Positions 38,390 through 44,915 of a stretch of 44,915 bases of DNA are shown piece after piece (position 1 is the first letter of the stretch; each line of letters begins with the position of its first letter). The DNA comes from Octopus bimaculoides (Eukaryota), in the NCBI RefSeq assembly GCF_001194135.2, contig NC_068984.1, positions 45,821,584 through 45,866,498 on the forward strand. The letters are read 5' to 3'. The notes beneath the pieces were generated by a model. It ran no database searches. It saw only the letters and a list, made by a program, of their open reading frames with translations, and had not been told where the DNA came from. The translations under genes and the position numbers were made by a program.

Positions 38390-38547
38390 TTTCAGAGGAA
38401 AGGTTAATTGATATCAGCAACCCCAGTTCTTCACTGGTACTTTAATTTATTGATCTGGGAAATATGAATGACAAAGTTTATCTCAGTGGGATTTTAAATG
38501 AGAACGTAAAAGCCGAAACAAACGTCACAAGGCGTTTTTGTCCCGTG
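38390..38547 (-). mobile_element. Highly diverged SINE family 2 copy
   Basis: Contains accccagttcttcactggtactttaatttattgatc, atgaatgacaaagttt and gagaacgtaaaa, colinear with the family. Confidence 0.5.
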
Positions 38548-39074
38548 TTCTATTTATTCAACCAATTAAGAACTACAAAGTATCTACCAAATCGTGATCT
38601 CTGAATTCATGCTACAAGCCTATAGCTATTCAGTTAGAAAAGGGTCGAAGAAAAATTAACATGAAAATAAAAGTATTGTTGTGTTTAATAATACGTAATA
38701 ACTTTACCAGAATACTGCAATTAAACTTAGCGTTTAAATTCCAATTAAAATGTACCACAGGGTATCATAAAAATAGTTTTTATATATTTCTGCAGAATCA
38801 CCAATTAGGTGATTAAACGAGCCGATAGTTTCACTTAAAATCTGATAGAAAATTTCAATTTATGACATAAAGAAGCTTTGCCGTCATTTAAATTATTTCC
38901 TAATTTTTGCTCTATTATGATTTACCTTACCGTATCTTAATCTAAAGTAATATAGTTTCATGTTTTCGAACTAACGTTGCAGCTTTGCGCATATATTAAA
39001 CAGTGATTGGCTCTTAGAGGATTTATTCAACAAACCAACGATGTAACTTCTACGTGGGTTTTTGATCTTCTTGA

Positions 39075-39242
39075 AACAATAGCCAAATCCCCCTCTAAAC
39101 GTACCTTCTTAGAAAGGGAGAAAGACATTAGATGATGCAGTGTCAGATATATTCTGAGTGAAACGGGATTGTCACAGATGAAATGTTTTTCCTTCTAAGT
39201 CTGCTCAGTCGGGTTGCACCTAGGGTTAAACAACATAGCAAC
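39075..39242 (+). repeat. Copy of an old, abundant dispersed retro-derived repeat ending in (AAC)n
   Basis: Shares motifs (agccaaat..., ggatggtcacag, gg(t/c)taaacaaca) with 1660-1746 (+), and with 35296-35450, 36625-36810, 6040-6175, 20385-20498 and ~4690-4860 (all minus). Confidence 0.55.
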
Positions 39243-39619
39243 TATATCTCTATCTACACCCAAGCTACCAATTTGTAAAAGAAAGAAATGGTGTAGATGG
39301 ATTTACATTTTATAAGGTATCTCTTTCTTAAGTGACCGACGAGAGGTCAGCTCAGTGTCGATCGAGCTAGGGTTAAACAACAACAAATTTATTTTTATCT
39401 TTCTCGTCCTCCATCATCATCATTATCATCATCATCATCAACTGCTGCTGCTGCTCTTTTATATATCTCTCTCCCCCCCACCACTCCAATTCAATCATAA
39501 GTAAACACAATTAGTACAAGAACATTCATCAGCAAGGACATTTTCGTTGTTCTAAGTTTGGTTTATCTTTTTATTTTGTTTTTATTGCTTTATGTTGGTG
39601 TTGTTGCTAATATTGTTGT

Positions 39620-40080
39620 TAGACTAATGCCTCCCTCCTTATTTTCCTCTCGTCCACTTTGTTCCATTCTCTCTCAGTCTATTTCTCTGCTTTTCTTTAT
39701 AACACTCTTTTTCTTGCTCATTTTCTATCAATCACTCAACGTAGTTATCCTTTCTTTTTTAATACGCTCACTTTCTCTTATTCACTCTATTTCCTTCTTT
39801 TCTACTTGCTCTCTTTCCCTCATAATGGCTTCCCCCTATTCTCTTTCCCCTGAATAGCTTTTCTTGTTTTTCTCCCTGTCTATTCTCGTCAACTCGCTAC
39901 CTTTCAGTTCTTTCTTTCATTCAATCCCACACGGTCTATCTGTATCCCCCTTTCTTCCTCGTTCTCTTTTCCTCATCTTCCTCTCACTAAATTCTCCGTC
40001 TTCCACTTTCTTTCTTTCGTCTTTCGTTTCTTGTCTTATTTCTCTCCTTTTGTCTAATTTTCTCGTTATCTTTCTTGTCT
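39620..40080 (+). repeat. Pyrimidine-rich low-complexity tract
   Basis: About 460 bp dominated by C and T, with no clean period. Confidence 0.8.
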
Positions 40081-41559
40081 AACCTGAACGAAGAAACTGA
40101 ACTGGTTTCACTAATTAAATTCTTAAGTAATTATGAAATTTTGGGTCAGCGACAATTAGTTTGCACATGCTTGATACGTCTGTCGATGTCTACGTTATGA
40201 TATCTCTTGAAATGTCTGATTCAAAGACTTGCAGTATTTGTTAGAACTTGTTTTTCACGCCTATATACTTGTTCGTACATATACATATATTCACAAACCG
40301 TCTCACATATACGCAAACACAACTTAAATCTTATTTTTAGCAGACGTTGTATAAAGTTATATACTGTTCGAATGAGTCTATCTGGAAAGGAGAAACGGTA
40401 CATCTCAAGTGACTAGTGTTGGTGTGATCATAGAGAAAACATTTAACTCTTAAATGAAAACGTTCCCTTAATTGAAAATAGAGTACTTAAAAATGGGGAA
40501 TCTTTAGTGAAACTGGAAGTAGCAGGTTTAGTGCCTCGGCCAAGAAAAATGCAGTGCTACCCTGAGCAGTTATGAATCTCTGATCTTTCAACGGGTAGTC
40601 TGTAGTTTTGAGTCCACTATCTTTGCCTCTGTCAATGATGAAATCTAGAATATCCGTCCAGGCTTGGTAATTTCATAAACTTTTTTCATGAAGTAGTTTT
40701 GCAATGTTAGACAGACATTTTAGAACTATAAAAGGTCAATCATCAGAAAGCATGTAAACCTGCCAATCAAAACTATGATACAAGATATGAAGTAAAGTAA
40801 ATCAGTATTTATAGCATGATATCTATAGCAGTATTTATAGCATGATATATTGAGAGTTTCAGAAATCGAATAAACAGAATAATAATGGACTAAATAGAAA
40901 AGGAGGAATGAAGAGCCGTTGAAGAGGTCACAGGACGTGTGATGAGAGATTTCAGACAGAGGACAACAGAGTAAGAATTATAATAAAACTGAAGACCAAA
41001 TATATAGTGCGTGTAGTTAATTGGCAAGAAATATGACCATCCCCAAATATACCAATTGAATTATTGTACGTCGGCCTCATTCAACCCATTTTTATTCGTT
41101 TGGGCATATAAAAGTATAGGTTTGAAATATATTCTTTGATATGGTATAGTATACACTATATATGATTGGCGTGTGTACGTTCGATGTTCTTGCATTTTGC
41201 AGTGCTATAAAATATATTGAAGCAAAATAAATGTTAGTTATGTGATAAGAAGGTGTTCTCTGATTATTGAAATACAGTGTATTAAAAGCTTTGGCCAAGA
41301 AATCTTGACAGTTTCTGTGCAGAAGTAAAGTATTAGACAATATGAATCTTATCTTATAAATAATGTGGAAAAATCTAGAATATTACAGTGAATTGTTAGC
41401 ACCGCGGAGAGCAATTATAATAGTTGGTGATTCTCGATTTGAACCACTTCATTTTACTGTAAAAGTAAATTCGTAAAAGTAAAATAATTTAGTGAACGAG
41501 GAAGGGTAAATCTTACTTTATGACGACATCTCCTGCTTACACGCCCCTCCCCCCACACG

Positions 41560-41613
<54 letters not shown>

Positions 41614-41705
41614 TAGATATAAATCCATACATACACGTATTATTCTTTATATAACGTAACATATAAAAATGCTTTCGTGTCTGTGTGCATAACATAGCCA
41701 ATAAG

Positions 41706-41919
41706 GGATGACTATGACTGACTATGGGATTGCACCTAGAAAGTTACCCTTCCCAGGCACAAGTTCGGGCAAGGTTGTTTATGGAAAAACCAGCAGTCGC
41801 CCATGCATACCAGTCTCCCATCTCCACGCCACTGATGTTATCCAAGTGAAAGGTAAAAGCCAATCACAACTTCGCGATCGTAAACTCGACGCTCTAACCG
41901 CTGATCCATGCGCCTTCAC
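41706..41919 (-). mobile_element. SINE with a family 3-type head, a large internal deletion and a different 3' tail, with TSD
   Basis: The minus-strand head TGAAGGCGCATGGATCAGCGGTTAGAGCG resembles 26408. The B box and central domain are absent. The direct repeat AGCCAATAAG occurs at 41696-41705 and 41920-41929. Confidence 0.7.
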
Positions 41920-42559
41920 AGCCAATAAGAATAGATGCCAGGTAATTACTAAATTTTTTAGACAGACTGGGACACTATCCAGGAATGTGTTATTTCTCTT
42001 TTGCTACTCACTATGAAATCGAAACTAAGCTCAAAAGATGGTCCAATTATTTGGAACATTTATTATAGTCAGTTCAAGAAATGTATTTTGAAAAGACATA
42101 AACGTCAAAATTTATTTGCTCAACCAACCTTAAGGGAAACAAAATACCGAGCAAGCTTCAAACAGAGCTGATGTAGAACAGATCACCATTATAGTGTCTC
42201 TAATAAAACAATGTTTGGAAAATCACAGCAAGCAGGTGTTTGTAAAGCCAACAAAGAGGATTTTTCACACACTGCTCTTGCATTATTCAACAAATATCTT
42301 TCACATAAATTAGGATGAGAGGAGGAAAACAAAAGACGAAAACAAATACAAATGATGATTATTTATTGAGTGTTGGTCTAAAAAATATTCCCCAAGACAA
42401 ACTATGATTAGTATAATAGGCACAAAGGAATACTACAAATTCACATAACTGGGAAACTTCCAATTGCATTTTGTAAACACATTTCTACAAATCTACGTAT
42501 GTATTCAAGAAAACACACAGATACACCCACTCCAATTAGATATAAATCTATATGCACGA

Positions 42560-42690
42560 ATGCAGATGTATCTATGCGTGTGTGTGTGTATGTGTGTGTA
42601 TGAGTGCGTGTGTGCATATCTATCTATATGTGCAGATATGTCTCTAAACACAGATACATACTGGTGGCTTAAAGATATAGATTTTCATAC

Positions 42691-42741
<51 letters not shown>

Positions 42742-43260
42742 CATGCACAAACGCACACAGACACACATACATGCATGTGTGCGTGCGTATTTAATCGTAT
42801 GCATGTATGTATGTATGCATGTATGTATGTATATATATATATATATATATGCAGACAGACATACATATATACCTGTGCATGTGTGTGTATATGTATGCAC
42901 ACAAATATATCACTTATGAATGCGCTTACACATACATATACAACAGGCATACACGCAAACACTTACGCGTACATTCAACGTTTGCCTCAAAGCTAAACGA
43001 AATACCTGCATTTGAACACCAAAAAGTGGTTGCTCAGTGTCTGTTCATCACATTTACTTTTCCATACAATTAAAGGGTTTACTAAGTTATATCGATGCTA
43101 GTTCTTATTTCATTCAATCTAATACTTACTGTTTCAATCTATTTGTCAAACCACTAACTTATTTAAATTAGTGCAGCACAGAGTACGCAGCGGCGGTTTG
43201 TTGTTCTGTGTGTATATTTACATACACACGAGAGTAGACACTGACGCGCGCTTCCACACA

Positions 43261-43299
<39 letters not shown>

Positions 43300-43388
43300 A
43301 CACACACAAACATACACGCATACACACAAACATACACGCACATATATATATATATATATATATGTATACATATGTGTGGGTATGTGTG

Positions 43389-43447
<59 letters not shown>

Positions 43448-43480
43448 CTGTGTATGTGTGTGTGTGTGTGTGTTTGTGTG
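42560..43480 (+). repeat. Cluster of (TG)n, (TA)n, (TATG)n and (CA)n microsatellites
   Basis: Directly visible; it generates several spurious ORFs in the track. Confidence 0.9.
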
Positions 43481-44483
43481 TAAATATGTGTTATATCAAG
43501 TACCTGGGAAACTGAAACCTCAGAGCATTCCCAATGCAGTACTCAGACCGAGCTCGCAGCTATCTACACTCTTTAATTGGAGTCTTAAGGAAGTTGGAAA
43601 TTCTGCTGGTGTAGAAAATATATATACGAACATATATATACGTTTTGCATCTACCAAATTCTTCTAACACTGTACTAATCTACCAGGGGCTATTTTAGAA
43701 GACTCTAGCCGAAGATGCTGTGTAGCAGGATCAAACACTGGATTCCAATGTTGCAAAAAAAAAAACAAAAAAAAAACTCGTGGACCGCGTGTTAATGCAT
43801 CTCTCTATACTCGTTTCTTTTTTTTCATTGAAAATTTTATGATAAAAAACTAAAATGAACTAAAATGTTGCAGAGTTTAATGTTTGTTCATTTGTAATTT
43901 AAGCTAGGATTACATCTAGAACCACATTCTCCTATAATCCATTGTGTACATCGAAAGATTGACAATGTAAATTACAGTAGCTGTGTTTCCAAATGATTAT
44001 ATGGTGAATGCATCAGACGGATTATGTTCATAATTTATGATAGCGAATTTGGGCAGGTGTCAGCCGATCGAAATTAATTCACTTACATTTTTCAGAATTG
44101 GAGTAGGCTGGTGAATGATATGAATCACATAAAGGAAATATAACAGAAGTTTGATCCATTGCTAAATGGGGGTGCTCTAAATGATATTAATGGTTATTCT
44201 TTTGTCTCTTGATTTCCAGATGTATTTAAGAAGCACTGTGGTGTTTTCTTGGTATTCGAAGACAAAATGTACTATTGCAGTAATGCAGAATACTTTTAAA
44301 GGATAAGTCTGTAAATTATTGTGACCTTTTTTTTTCTGAAGATCAACACGGTATTGAATGTTTCTTCCTCTTACTAGTGAAGCTTTTGTATGTCAGCTAT
44401 TGTATGTCGGCCTCATTCAACCCATTTTTAAAATTATTTATTTGCCGTATTTTTGCATTCTGGAAGCCAATAAATATATCTTA

Positions 44484-44520
44484 CTAGCAGAGATACCCGG
44501 CGTTGCCCGTGTTACATGCA
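44484..44520 (-). mobile_element. Probable Helitron-type 3' terminus (the element may extend to the window end)
   Basis: Minus strand reads a GC-rich hairpin CGGGCAACGCCGGG, an 8-nt spacer, CTAG (44487-44484) and then T, which is the canonical Helitron 3' arrangement. No 5' TC end was identified. Confidence 0.55.
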
Positions 44521-44915
44521 ATTGAAAATGAGACTTTTCTGTTATATTTTCTGTAAGGAACTGGAATACATATTATTCTAATTTCATCAAAATTGCACAT
44601 GAGGGTTCTTTCCCTCTTTACACACCCTAAAAAAATTCTAATCATGAATGCGCATATTCCAAAATTTATGCGCATATTCCAAAATTTCAGTCTTCTGGAA
44701 CCTGTAAAAAAGATTTTGCTCCTGCAAAATGGAGCTCATGGAGCTCTAAAATGTCGGAATGAAGGCCCCTATTGGGGGTGGGGGTGTTAATGTCAACCAG
44801 AGAAGTTGAATTGTTGGGAATGTTTTTACTTGGGTCTTTGCCTGTGAGAGTATAGTCTCACTTTAATAGTTTCAGTATGAAATTGAAAATATTAAAGTGA
44901 AAATATTTGAAATTA

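Noticed and set aside
39558-40082. Hydrophobic ORFs resembling membrane proteins
   Set aside because: They are a by-product of a pyrimidine-rich low-complexity tract.
40221-40403. Minus-strand ORF containing RLIRTVYNFIQRL, reminiscent of KCNQ pre-S1 VYNFLERP
   Set aside because: It lacks ERP, the following W and YH, and I saw no suitable phase-2 donor, so it is treated as chance.

Overview
AT-rich, microsatellite-dense eukaryotic genomic DNA with ten N gaps (3,327 N in total, most flanked by microsatellites). The repeat families and microsatellite load look like an Octopus-type (coleoid cephalopod) genome; this is an inference. Most ORFs in the track are microsatellite, gap or repeat artefacts. 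The one host coding feature I can support is not in the ORF track: a 91-nt minus-strand exon (6677-6767) with canonical AG/GTAAGT boundaries encoding FFTVFSCLVMSVLATIEGYEDVMRLALFYV, the S1 helix and S1-S2 linker of a KCNQ (Kv7) potassium channel. I found no other KCNQ exon, so the rest of the window is probably intronic. It holds tRNA-derived SINEs of at least three families (one a TSD-flanked dimer), a CR1-group LINE 3' relic, two R4/Dong-like RLE retrotransposon relics next to microsatellites, a mini-mariner, three long fold-back elements, a probable Helitron 3' end, and several Penelope-type hammerhead ribozyme-like motifs. The best hammerhead motif (21250-21297) is nearly intact and lies on the KCNQ pre-mRNA strand. 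There is no CRISPR array, rRNA or bona fide tRNA gene. All alignments were done by eye, and family names come from recalled motifs, not database searches.
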